NCBI GenBank assembly: GCA_963665845.2
Contig: OY762492.1
Location: 96,001 to 160,000, forward strand
Reading direction: 5' to 3'
Source: Candidatus Poribacteria bacterium
GTDB taxonomy: Bacteria > Poribacteria > WGA-4E > GCA-2687025
DNA length: 64,000 nt
In this document: positions 45,866 through 55,600 of the stretch, one piece after another
Layout of the letters: every line of letters begins with the position of its first letter
Numbering within the stretch: the first letter of the stretch is position 1
Translations under genes and position numbers: made by a program
The notes under the pieces: model-generated
Databases searched by the model: none
What the model was told of the DNA's origin: nothing
Seen by the model: only the letters and a program-made list of their open reading frames with translations

Positions 45866-47107
45866 GTGCGTATCCTTGAAGGCATTTTTTCCGGCTGGTC
45901 GGCGCTGAAAGCGAACAAGCTGCGCTCCCTCTTAACGATGCTCGGAATCGTCATCGGAACGGGCGGCGTCATCGGCACCATCTCCTTCGGCGACGGCGCC
46001 CGTCAACTGGTCATGCTGGAGGTGGACAAGATCGGCGGCGCCTCCACCTTCAACGTACACCGCCCCAGCTGGGTGCGCCGAGACGGGCGGTGGATCCCGA
46101 ACCCGAGCAGCGAACGCCTCTCGATGCGCGATGTACAACTGATCGAAACCTACTGCCCCTCCGTTGAATGGGTCGCCCCGGACGCCGGCCGCAGGGTGTT
46201 TCTCTCCAACGAAGGCGATTCCAAAACATCCGACCTCCGCGCCACTACCGGCGTCTATAAACATATCCGCGAATGGTCAAACAGCCTCGGCCGATTCTTA
46301 GAGGATGCCGACGTTGATCTCTGGAACAAAGTGGTCGTCATCGGATCGGAGGTTGCCTCCGATCTTTTCGGCAAGCTGGACCCTGTCGGCGAAGGGCTGC
46401 GCATCAACAACCAACGGTTCACCGTTGTCGGCGTTATGGAATCGAAAGGCGGCGGAGACAGCCCCGCCGGCAGCCTCGACAACCAGGTCTTCGTCCCCTA
46501 CACAACGGCGCATACCGCCTTCTGGGGAGGACAGAAGGTCGACAATCTTCTGCTGAAAGCGTTCTCGCCGGAGCTGCGCGAAAAAGCGGAGAAAGAAACG
46601 CAGGCGGTCCTCCGCCGACACCACGGCGGCGACGACTTTGTCCGTATCTATTCCCAGGCGGCTGAAATGGAAAGCGCCGGCAACTTTCTGGGAAAAGCGA
46701 TACAGATCGCCCTCGGCGCCATCGCCGCCATGTCGCTTCTGATTGCCGGCATCGGCATACTCAACATCATGCTGGTCAGCGTCGCCGAACGGGTGCGCGA
46801 GATCGGGCTGCGAAAAGCGGTCGGCGCGACGCGCATCAATATCGCCGTTCAGTTTCTGGTGGAAGGCGCCTTTCTCTGCCTGATAGGGAGTCTTGTCGGC
46901 GTCTTCTTCGGATGGCTCACCGAACGCGCCCTCGCCTTCGCCGTCGTCACGTTTGTCATGAAGGGCGGCTCTTGGCCCTCTCTCATCTCTTGGACCTCCG
47001 TAGCGCTCTCCGTGTCGGTCGGCTCGTTGACAGGCGTCGTCGCCAGCGCGGCGCCCGCCGTCCGCGCCGCAAAACTTCCGCCCGTTGACGCGCTGAGGCA
47101 TCAGTAA
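45866..47107 (+). CDS. MacB/FtsX-family ABC transporter permease
   Basis: NKLRSLLTMLGIVIG, GRFL, FTVVGV, GIGILNIMLVSVAERVREIGLRKAVGA, PPVDALRH. Confidence 0.93.
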   Translation: MRILEGIFSGWSALKANKLRSLLTMLGIVIGTGGVIGTISFGDGARQLVMLEVDKIGGASTFNVHRPSWVRRDGRWIPNPSSERLSMRDVQLIETYCPSVEWVAPDAGRRVFLSNEGDSKTSDLRATTGVYKHIREWSNSLGRFLEDADVDLWNKVVVIGSEVASDLFGKLDPVGEGLRINNQRFTVVGVMESKGGGDSPAGSLDNQVFVPYTTAHTAFWGGQKVDNLLLKAFSPELREKAEKETQAVLRRHHGGDDFVRIYSQAAEMESAGNFLGKAIQIALGAIAAMSLLIAGIGILNIMLVSVAERVREIGLRKAVGATRINIAVQFLVEGAFLCLIGSLVGVFFGWLTERALAFAVVTFVMKGGSWPSLISWTSVALSVSVGSLTGVVASAAPAVRAAKLPPVDALRHQ

Positions 47108-48375
47108 TGGTCTTCAGCCACAGCTTCTTTCAGGGACTCATGGCGCTGTTCCGCCACAAATTCCGCGCCTTTTTAACGACGCTCGGAATGGTCATCGGCA
47201 TCGCTTCCGTTACCGTCTCCGTCTCCGTCAGCGAGGGCTTGAACCAGATGATCATGGACCTGCTCAACCAGATGGGCATGGGCAATACGGTCATCTGCTT
47301 TCGCCCCGAATGGATTGAGCGCGAGGATGGACGCTGGGAGCGGAACGACTCCCGCGCCTACCTGCGCTACGGCGACGTTCAGGCGATCGAGTCGAACGCG
47401 CCGTCGGTCGAGTTTGTGCTGCCGGAGATGTGGTGGGACCTGCGCGCGACCCATGGCGGACGCTCAAAACAGACGCGCGCTGTCGGCACAACGCAGCATT
47501 ACGCGGTTGGACACAACTGGAAGCTGGACAGAGGCAGATTTATAACCGAACTGGATGTGGAGCGGGAGGACAAGGTGTGCGTCGTCGGAGCCGACCTGGA
47601 ACGCGATCTTTACCCAGGCGACTCCGCCTTAGGCAAGGACATCACCTTGGCGGGGGAGAGGCTGACCGTCGTCGGCGTGATGGAGCGCAAACCGGACGAT
47701 ACGCCCGACTTCACAGGCTCCAACGACAGCCTCATCATGCCGTTGACCACCTTCAGCCAGCGGTTCGCCGGGCATGACGGCGTCGGCGTGTTCTTTATAC
47801 GGGCAAAGTCCGCCCTCGCGGTTGAAGACGCGGTGAAGGAGGTGAAACTGACGCTGCGCCGCCGGCACCGTTTGAGCGCGGCGACGGACGCTTTTCAGTT
47901 CCAAACATCGGACGAAATCATCCGCGCCGTTGAGCAGGTCAGCTTCATCATGAAAGCGTTTCTGTCAGGCGTCGCCAGCATTGCGCTGCTGGTAGGCGGC
48001 GTCGGAATCATGAACATGATGCTCGTGACCGTCACCGAACGAACGCATGAGATCGGTTTGCGAAAGGCGGTCGGCGCCAGACGGCGGCATATCCTTTCGC
48101 AGTTTCTGATTGAGGCGGTCGTTCTCGGCGGACTCGGCGGAGTTATCGGCGTCGGCTTCGGATGGTGTTTAAGCAAACTCGCCTCGTTCGGCATTTCGTC
48201 CGCCCTGCGCCGTTCCAGCGCCGAGGGTTTGATCGTCGATTGGCCCTCCGTCGTCTCGCTGGAGTCGGCTCTGTTCGCCATGCTCATTTCGGGATGCATC
48301 GGCGTCTTGGCGGGGATCTTTCCCGCTTTCCGCGCCGGGCTAATGCCGCCTGTTGATGCGATACGTCATCAATAG
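47107..48375 (+). CDS. MacB/FtsX-family ABC transporter permease
   Basis: RAFLTTLGMVIG, GVGIMNMMLVTVTERTHEIGLRKAVGA, QFLIEA, PPVDAIRH. Confidence 0.93.
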   Translation: MVFSHSFFQGLMALFRHKFRAFLTTLGMVIGIASVTVSVSVSEGLNQMIMDLLNQMGMGNTVICFRPEWIEREDGRWERNDSRAYLRYGDVQAIESNAPSVEFVLPEMWWDLRATHGGRSKQTRAVGTTQHYAVGHNWKLDRGRFITELDVEREDKVCVVGADLERDLYPGDSALGKDITLAGERLTVVGVMERKPDDTPDFTGSNDSLIMPLTTFSQRFAGHDGVGVFFIRAKSALAVEDAVKEVKLTLRRRHRLSAATDAFQFQTSDEIIRAVEQVSFIMKAFLSGVASIALLVGGVGIMNMMLVTVTERTHEIGLRKAVGARRRHILSQFLIEAVVLGGLGGVIGVGFGWCLSKLASFGISSALRRSSAEGLIVDWPSVVSLESALFAMLISGCIGVLAGIFPAFRAGLMPPVDAIRHQ

Positions 48376-48462
48376 AAGTTGGGTCGCCAAACAGCCCATG
48401 TGTCGCCCCGCGCTTGACGCCTCCGCCGCCGCATGCGAAACTGAAACCGCTGCGAAGAGAGG

Positions 48463-50133
48463 ATGCCGATGTTTGAACAGATGATCCCTGACGACTGCGT
48501 CTCCGTCGCCGAAGCGGGAAGATGGGCAAGCGAGCGCCTGAACCGAGAGGTGACCCCCGCCAACATCGCCTACCTGATCCAGTACGGGCGCGTCCAAAAA
48601 TACGAAAAAGAAGGCGCGCCCGCCGTCTCCAAACAGGAGCTGCTGGACTACTACCGCGCCTTTCTGGGACGGCGCGAACTGGACTGGAAAGACCGCCTCG
48701 GCGGCGTCAACTGGAAACTCTCCTTTGACCAATACAAAGAGGCGGAAACGACGAAGCATGTCCATCGGCTGCATCCGTATAAGGGCAAATTCATTCCGCA
48801 GCTGGCGGAGTATTTTTTGGACGGCGGCGTGGACGAGTTCAAAAAAGAGGCGCGCTTCCAGCCAGGCGACATCGTCCTAGACCCGTTCTGTGGAAGCGGC
48901 ACCACGCTTGTTCAAGCAAACGAGCTGGGCATGCATGCGGTCGGAGTGGATGTGTCCGCGTTCAACGCGCGCATCAGCAATGTGAAGGTTGGACGCCAGC
49001 CTCTTGTGAAGGCGCTGACGGAGCTGGACAACATCACGCGCTCGCTGCGCCTGCATGCCGACTCCACAACGATACCTGCATTTGAGGCGCGCTTGTCCGA
49101 GGAGCTGTCCGCATTCAACCGCCGCTTTTTTCCATCCCCAGAATTCAAACGCAAAGCGCGCCTTGGACAGATCGACGAGAAGGCGTACGGCAACGAAAAA
49201 GCGGACAAGTTCACGCGCCGTTTTCTAGAGTTGACCGACGAATACGGCGTCCAGATTCTGCAAGACGGCTCCGACCGATTTCTTGACAAGTGGTTTCTTC
49301 AGCCGGTCCGCGTTGAGATCGACCTTGCCGCCGAGGCGGTCGCGCGCATAGCGGACGAGGCGATACGGCATCTTGCGGAGCTGATCTTGAGCCGAACCAT
49401 CCGCACCTGCCGCGCGACGACGCATGCGGATCTGGCGACGCTGAAGGAGCCGGTGTCGGCGCCGTACTACTGCGCGAAACACGGCAAGATTTGCCGCCCC
49501 CTGTTTTCGATGCTGGGCTGGTGGACGCGGTATTGTCAGGACACGCTGCAGCGGCTTGACCAGTTCAACCAGCTGCGCACCGACACGCGGCAGATCTGCC
49601 TTGTCGGCGATTCGCGCGCCATCGATCTGGAGGCGGAGCTGGCGCAGGAAATGCCGGCGCTGGGTCGGTTGATGAAGGAGCGCGGGATACGCGGAATCTT
49701 CACGAGTCCGCCGTACGTGGGTCTTATCAACTACCATGAGCAGCATGCGTATTCGTACGACCTGTTTTCGTTTGAGCGGCGCGACGCGCTGGAGATCGGT
49801 CCGCTTTTTAAAGGTACGGGAAAGAAGGCGCGGGAAGAGTATGCGGCGGGAGTGTCGGCGGCGCTGCGGAATTGCGCCCGTTTTCTGGCGGACGATTACG
49901 ACGCCTATGTGGTCGCCAACGACAAGCATGGGCTGTACGAGACGATCGCGGACAGGGCGGGCATGCGGATTGTTCAGCGTTATGAGCGCCCCGTCTTAAA
50001 CCGCACCGAGAAGGACAAGAGCGCCTATTCGGAGACGATTTTTCATATGAAAGCGAAACGAGGACAACTTAAGCATGGCGTTTTCAAGCGAACAAAGGCA
50101 GTACCTACAGGCGATGATATTCATTTTGCGTGA
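48463..50133 (+). CDS. Orphan N4-cytosine DNA methyltransferase (alpha motif order) with N-terminal HTH-like segment
   Basis: HRLHPYKGKFIPQL, LDPFCGSGTT before TSPPY; N-terminal VAEAGRWAS...NIAYLIQYGRV. Confidence 0.85.
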   Translation: MPMFEQMIPDDCVSVAEAGRWASERLNREVTPANIAYLIQYGRVQKYEKEGAPAVSKQELLDYYRAFLGRRELDWKDRLGGVNWKLSFDQYKEAETTKHVHRLHPYKGKFIPQLAEYFLDGGVDEFKKEARFQPGDIVLDPFCGSGTTLVQANELGMHAVGVDVSAFNARISNVKVGRQPLVKALTELDNITRSLRLHADSTTIPAFEARLSEELSAFNRRFFPSPEFKRKARLGQIDEKAYGNEKADKFTRRFLELTDEYGVQILQDGSDRFLDKWFLQPVRVEIDLAAEAVARIADEAIRHLAELILSRTIRTCRATTHADLATLKEPVSAPYYCAKHGKICRPLFSMLGWWTRYCQDTLQRLDQFNQLRTDTRQICLVGDSRAIDLEAELAQEMPALGRLMKERGIRGIFTSPPYVGLINYHEQHAYSYDLFSFERRDALEIGPLFKGTGKKAREEYAAGVSAALRNCARFLADDYDAYVVANDKHGLYETIADRAGMRIVQRYERPVLNRTEKDKSAYSETIFHMKAKRGQLKHGVFKRTKAVPTGDDIHFA

Positions 50134-50149
50134 CGGCCCGCCGATCCAG

Positions 50150-50280
50150 ACCGTCATTCCCGCGTAAGCGGGAATCCAGAGGCGAACGCATAACGTCCCG
50201 CGTTCGGCTGTTATGCCCGCGTCCGCGGAAACCCCCCCAGCCCCCCTTTTCAAGGGGGGAATCGGACGCGGCGGCGCGTC
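50150..50280. repeat. REP-like cluster between convergent genes
   Basis: ATTCCC-N8-GGGAAT at 50156-50175; reverse hairpin CCCCCTTTTCAAGGGGG at ~50241-50259. Confidence 0.8.
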
Positions 50281-50283
50281 GGA

Positions 50284-51369
50284 TTACCGCGCGGACTTTT
50301 CCCTGTTGCACGATTTACAAAGCATCTGGCAATTCTCTTCGTCGGTCTTGCCGCCTTCTGACCATGGCGTTTTATGGTCGGCTTCCATCGCTTTGATTTC
50401 AAATTTCTCCTTACAGACGGGGCAAACGCCGGACTGCTTTTCGTACACCTTTTGCTTCGTCTTGTCTGGAAAGGCGCGTATGTTCAGATGTTTCTCATCG
50501 CCCGTCAGAATGTACGGGTAGATGCCCGCGTCCCGGGTCACCTCATCGTCGTCTACAAGTCGGGCGGTTTCCGCCTCGATCTCATCAGGGTCAAGGTCGG
50601 CGTCTTTAAAATCGCGGTGCAGCGTACCCCAATCTACGCCCCGCATCATTTTTGGTCTTGTGTTCGTGAACGTGGATTTGACCCACTCGATCACCGATTG
50701 AAAATACTCCCATAGGGGCAGCGCGTTTTCTTTCTGCTGATGCGTCCCCATGTAGTCCTCAATCGCGTCTTCGCTGATCCACCTGATCGCTGTCTCCAAG
50801 TACTCTTGTCGGTTTGCCCTACCGCTGACATAATCCTTGCCGATTTGGTATGCTGGGCCAAGATGCCGACTAAAATACCGCTTGGCGTCGGACAACCATG
50901 ATCCAGCGTAGACGGCGTTGCGCAATTCTTGATTCGTCAACTTCAGTCCCGCAATGTTGATCGTCTTGAACCAGTCCAACTTCTCGCTGTCGGTCCCAGT
51001 GCAAACGTAGACCATCAACTTGTAATTCTCGACCAACGCTTTCTCGTCGGATTGGAGATTGTCAAAATATTTGTAGTCGACCGAGAATTTGCCGCCCACA
51101 TACCGCGCAATGGAGATGGTGCGCTGCTGACCGTCAATGATCTCGAACGTGCCGTCTTCCCGAGCTGCCCAGTACATCACGTTCAACGGGAACCCTTTCA
51201 GGATCGAATCGATGACGGCGTTGCGCTCCTTCTCCTTGTAGATAAACTCCCGCTGAAACGGCGGACGGATGTCCAGTTTGCCGCTGTACCCGGTCACGCC
51301 ACCGTCGCCATCGTCCCTGTAATCCTTGACAAGCTCTTCCACCGTGATGTCCAACAACTCGATTTTCAT
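50284..51369 (-). CDS. DUF262 (GmrS/ParB-like) + HNH endonuclease
   Basis: IRPPFQREFIY, IDSILKGFPL, IIDGQQR, FKTIN; CPVC...EADH..PWSEGG.T...NCQMLCKSCN. Confidence 0.9.
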   Translation of the reverse strand: MKIELLDITVEELVKDYRDDGDGGVTGYSGKLDIRPPFQREFIYKEKERNAVIDSILKGFPLNVMYWAAREDGTFEIIDGQQRTISIARYVGGKFSVDYKYFDNLQSDEKALVENYKLMVYVCTGTDSEKLDWFKTINIAGLKLTNQELRNAVYAGSWLSDAKRYFSRHLGPAYQIGKDYVSGRANRQEYLETAIRWISEDAIEDYMGTHQQKENALPLWEYFQSVIEWVKSTFTNTRPKMMRGVDWGTLHRDFKDADLDPDEIEAETARLVDDDEVTRDAGIYPYILTGDEKHLNIRAFPDKTKQKVYEKQSGVCPVCKEKFEIKAMEADHKTPWSEGGKTDEENCQMLCKSCNREKSAR

Positions 51370-52358
51370 GGCTGCAGCCTCCTGTTGCGGATGACGATTC
51401 GCGCATAAAGCATTTTGCCGTTGATTTTAAATCTACTTGACTTGCCTGTTATCTGCTTTACGAGAGACGTATCCACATCGATAATTTCAAACTGTTCGGG
51501 ATTGTGCTTGTCCAAAAAGGTGATCGGCACGCCCATTTCTCCAGCATAGTCCGCTGGGATTTTAGCGACCCTGCCTACTTCGATGGCGTCATAGTTGTCG
51601 TAATTCGGGTATTCCTCCGGCGAATATCGTTTGAACAAAACCAGTTCTTCATTTCGCTTCTTGTGGCCTAGGTTGGTGAACCAACAAGCGTTTCCCAATC
51701 TGCCCTTGACGACGCCATCCACCCGTCGGTAGGCGCTGCCCTCCTTCTTGTTTTTAACCAATTCTCTCGCATAGGCTTCCGGCACATCAAAAAGCATATC
51801 TTTGCCAGCCGGACCATGACCAAGCCACAACTTGCCGCTTCTGATAAGGGGAAATACCTCCTTGTAAGTGATCGCGTTCATGCTTCCGATAACGACAAAT
51901 TTTTTGCCGTATTCGACCAGTTGCGCGACATACTCCCTGAACAATGAAAACGGCGGATTCGTAACGACGATGTCCGCCTGTTGAAGCAGATCAATGCATT
52001 CCTGGCTTCTAAAATCGCCGTCTTCTTCGAGTTGAAATTCGGCGGGTTCCGCTCCAATGCCGACATACTCAAGTCCGGCGGCAGTTTCCATGTCGTGATT
52101 GCTGAAGAGGTCTGTCTGCCGATTTTTGTAGCAGGTTGTGATCAGTCTTTTGAGTTCAAGTTGCTCGAACTTCAAATGAAAGTAGCGGAAGAAATTGCTG
52201 ACGGCGGGATCGTCGCAATTGCAGTAAACGGTTTTGCCGCGAAAATGTTCATCGTAATGCGTCAGCTCATTCTCGATGTCCGGGAGCTGCGTGTAAAATT
52301 CATCGTTCTTTGCCCTGTTCGCAGCGTGCAGAGCCTGATTTTTCGCCATAATACGCAT
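51366..52358 (-). CDS. Adenine-specific methyltransferase, EcoRI family
   Basis: KNDEFYT, VYCNCDDP, GDFRSQEC, VVTNPPFSLFREY, MGVPITFLDK. Confidence 0.92.
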   Translation of the reverse strand: MRIMAKNQALHAANRAKNDEFYTQLPDIENELTHYDEHFRGKTVYCNCDDPAVSNFFRYFHLKFEQLELKRLITTCYKNRQTDLFSNHDMETAAGLEYVGIGAEPAEFQLEEDGDFRSQECIDLLQQADIVVTNPPFSLFREYVAQLVEYGKKFVVIGSMNAITYKEVFPLIRSGKLWLGHGPAGKDMLFDVPEAYARELVKNKKEGSAYRRVDGVVKGRLGNACWFTNLGHKKRNEELVLFKRYSPEEYPNYDNYDAIEVGRVAKIPADYAGEMGVPITFLDKHNPEQFEIIDVDTSLVKQITGKSSRFKINGKMLYARIVIRNRRLQP

Positions 52359-52381
52359 CCAATTCCGCCTGTATGCGTGTA

Positions 52382-52410
52382 AGTCTACACCATGCCGTCT
52401 TTTGATTCAA
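52382..52410 (-). promoter_or_regulatory. Putative sigma70 promoter for MTase-HNH operon
   Basis: TTGAAT-N17-TAGACT. Confidence 0.5.
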
Positions 52411-52412
52411 GT

Positions 52413-52602
52413 CGCCTAAGATTCCCGCTTACGCGGGAATGACGCCAGCTGGAGCGGCGCCTCTGGATTCCCGCTTACGCGGGAATGACGTTTTGGGCCG
52501 CCGGACGCTTCAGGTGAACGCGGACGGTTTCAGCGGCGCCTCTGGATTCCCGCACATTTTACCGCAAGGACGGGAATGCATGTCCTCGCGGAAGCGGGGA
52601 AC
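52413..52602. repeat. Three tandem dRS3-like palindromes
   Basis: ATTCCC-N8-GGGAAT at 52421-52440 and 52467-52486; expanded variant at ~52546-52577. Confidence 0.85.
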
Positions 52603-52612
52603 GATCCTGAAC

Positions 52613-55600
52613 TTACAGCCCAAGCGCCTCGCGCAAAAACTTGCCCGTGTAGGAGCTTTCCGCCGCGGCGATCTCTTCAGGCGAACCCTGCGCGACGATA
52701 TACCCGCCCGACTCGCCCCCTTCAGGACCAAGATCGATCACATGATCCGCCGCCGCGATGACCGACAGATGATGCTCAATCACAATCACCGCGCTGCCCT
52801 GGTCCACCAGCCGATGTATAACATTCAGCAGCTTGCGCACATCGTCATAATGCAGCCCTGTCGTCGGCTCGTCCATCAGATACGCCGTCCCCTGCGTTGA
52901 ACGGCGCGCCAGCTCTTTGGCGAGCTTCACCCGCTGCGCCTCCCCGCCGGACAGCGTCGGCGCCGGCTGCCCAAGCTGAACATAATCCAAACCGACATCC
53001 TTGAGCGTCTGCAGCCGCCGCCGTATTTGCGGGATGCTGTCAAAATGCGCCAGCGCATCGTTCACCGTCATTTGTAGAATTTCGGCGATGTTTTTGCCGC
53101 GGTACTGCACATCCAGCGTCTCTCGGTTGTAGCCTGTCCCTGCGCATGTCTCGCACTCGATCCACACATCCGGCAGAAACTGCATCTCAATGCGGTTATG
53201 CCCATGCCCATGGCACGATTCGCACTGCCCGATCGGGAGGTTGGAGCTGAAACGGCGGGCGTCGTAGCCGCGCGCCTGCGCCTCCGGCATTTCGGCAAAA
53301 ATCTTACGTATATCGGTGAACACATCCGTATAGGTGGCGGGGTTGGAACGCGGCGTTTCGCCGATCGGCTTCTGGTCTATGTTGATCACCTTGTCAAGCC
53401 GCTCAACGCCCAGCAGTTGATGGAACGGTCCAGGATCGCGCGACTGGACGCCTCCAAGCCGGCGGGCGAGCGCGGGGTACAACGTCTCTTGAACCAGCGA
53501 CGATTTGCCGGAACCGGAAACGCCCGTAACGCATGTGAGCGCGCCCAGCGGAAACGCCGCGTCAATGTTTTTTAGGTTGTTCAGTTTCGCGCCAGTGATG
53601 CGAATATATCCTCTCGGCGGCTGCCGCTGTCCGTTTCGGCGCGGGATAGCCTCTTTCCCTGACAGGTACAACCCTGTCAACGATGTTGGATTCTGCGTCA
53701 AATCGTCTGCGCCGCCTTCCGCCACGATCTCTCCGCCATGCCGCCCCGCTCTGGGACCGAAATCGAATACCCTGTCGGCGGAACGAATCGTCGCGTCGTC
53801 ATGTTCAACAACAATGACCGTGTTTCCAAGATCGCGCAGCCGCGCCAGCGCTTTCAGCAGCCGCTCATTGTCGCGCGGATGCAAGCCGATCGTCGGCTCA
53901 TCCAGCACATACAGCACGCCTGTCAAGCCCGACCCCAGCTGCGACGCGAGGCGAATGCGCTGCGCCTCCCCGCCGGAGAGGCCCGGCGCCGGGCGGTTCA
54001 ACGTCAGATACTCAAGCCCGACATCCACTAAAAACTGCAGCCGGTTGATCGTTTCGCTCAACAGCTCCTGCGCGATCTGCGCCTTCTGCCCTTCGAGCCG
54101 CAGGTCGCGGAAAAAACGCAGCGCCGCCTCGGTCGTCAGCTCGGTGACCTCCGTCATGTTCAGCCCCCCGATCTGCGCGCCCAGCGCAAACGGGTTCAGC
54201 CGCGAGCCTTTGCATGACGGGCAGACCACCTCGCGCACAAACGGGCGAACCTCCCGCGTCCGCGCGCCGCGTACATGGAGCCAGTCAACCGTCCCGACCG
54301 CGCCGCGGAATTGAACCTTGCCGCCGTCCATCTCATAAAGCTTGTCGGAACCGTAGAGCAGGATCTCCTGCGCCTCCAGCGGTATTTTTTCAAACGAAGT
54401 CGAGAGCGAGAACCCGTACTCTCGGCACAAGCTGGCGATGAAGCCCGCAAGCGGATTCCCCGGCAGCACAGGTCCCCATGCCAGAACCGCCCCGCCGCGC
54501 AGCGACTTTCGGGGGTTGGCGACAACCGCCTTCGCGTCCGCCCCTGTGACCCGCCCGATGCCCTCGCATCGATCGCAGCGCCCAAGCGGGCTGTTGAACG
54601 AAAAATGCTGCGGCGTCAGCGGCTCAAAACTAAGCCCGCACGGCGCGCACGCAAAATGTTCAGAGTAGGTCTCCGACAAACGCCGAGTCTCCTCAACCCC
54701 CTCCTCGTTCAAAACGCGGCAGCTTCCTTCGATGCGCATGACGCCTTTGCCCTGCTCCAGAGCCGTTTCAACCGCTTCGGCGAGGCGCGACTTTTCCGAC
54801 TCGCGCAAGATTAGCCTGTCGATCACGATGCCGGCGTCATGGCGTATGCGCCTGTCCAGCTCCATGTTTTCAACGATGTCGACCGTCTCTCCGTTCACCC
54901 ATGCGCGTATGAATCCGTCTTTTGCGGCGCGTTGAAAAACCTCGCTGTATTCTTCCCCGCGCGCCAGCTGTATCGGAGCCAGAATGTTCAGACGGCTCTC
55001 CGCCGGGAGCGTCATGATGTTGTCGACGATCTGCTGCGAGGTTTGCGTCCCGACAGGAGAGCCGCATTCTGTGCAGTGCGCCGTCCCCGCCCGCGCAAAC
55101 AGCACTCGCAGATAATCGTAGATCTCCGTCACCGTTCCGACGGTTGAGCGCGGGCTTTTGCTCGGCGCTTTTTGGTCGATGGCAATCGCCGGCGACAGAC
55201 CCTCGATGCTCTCCACATGCGGCTTGTCGACGCGCCCTAAAAATTGCCGCGCATACGCCGAAAGCGACTCCACATAACGCCGCTGCCCCTCGGCGTAGAT
55301 CGTGTCCAGCGCCAGCGACGTCTTCCCCGACCCTGAAACCCCTGTGAACGCGACCATCTGCCGCATCGGAATATCGACATCGATGTTTTTCAGGTTATGC
55401 TCGGCGGCGCCGCGCACCTTGATTTCGCGCAATGGTTCCGGCCGCTCTGACGGCGCCGCCTCCTCCTTCTCCGCCTCCTTGACGGAGGACCGCTTCTGAA
55501 GAGCCGCTTTCAAAAAACGCCCCGTTTCGGTCAGATTCTCGGCGGAGGCGATCTCTTCGGGCGTCCCGGCGGCGAGAAGATAACCGCCCTCCTCCCCGCC

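Noticed and set aside
52413-52602. Possible CRISPR array from three palindromes
   Set aside because: Irregular spacing, and the same unit is dispersed across the window as a REP-like element
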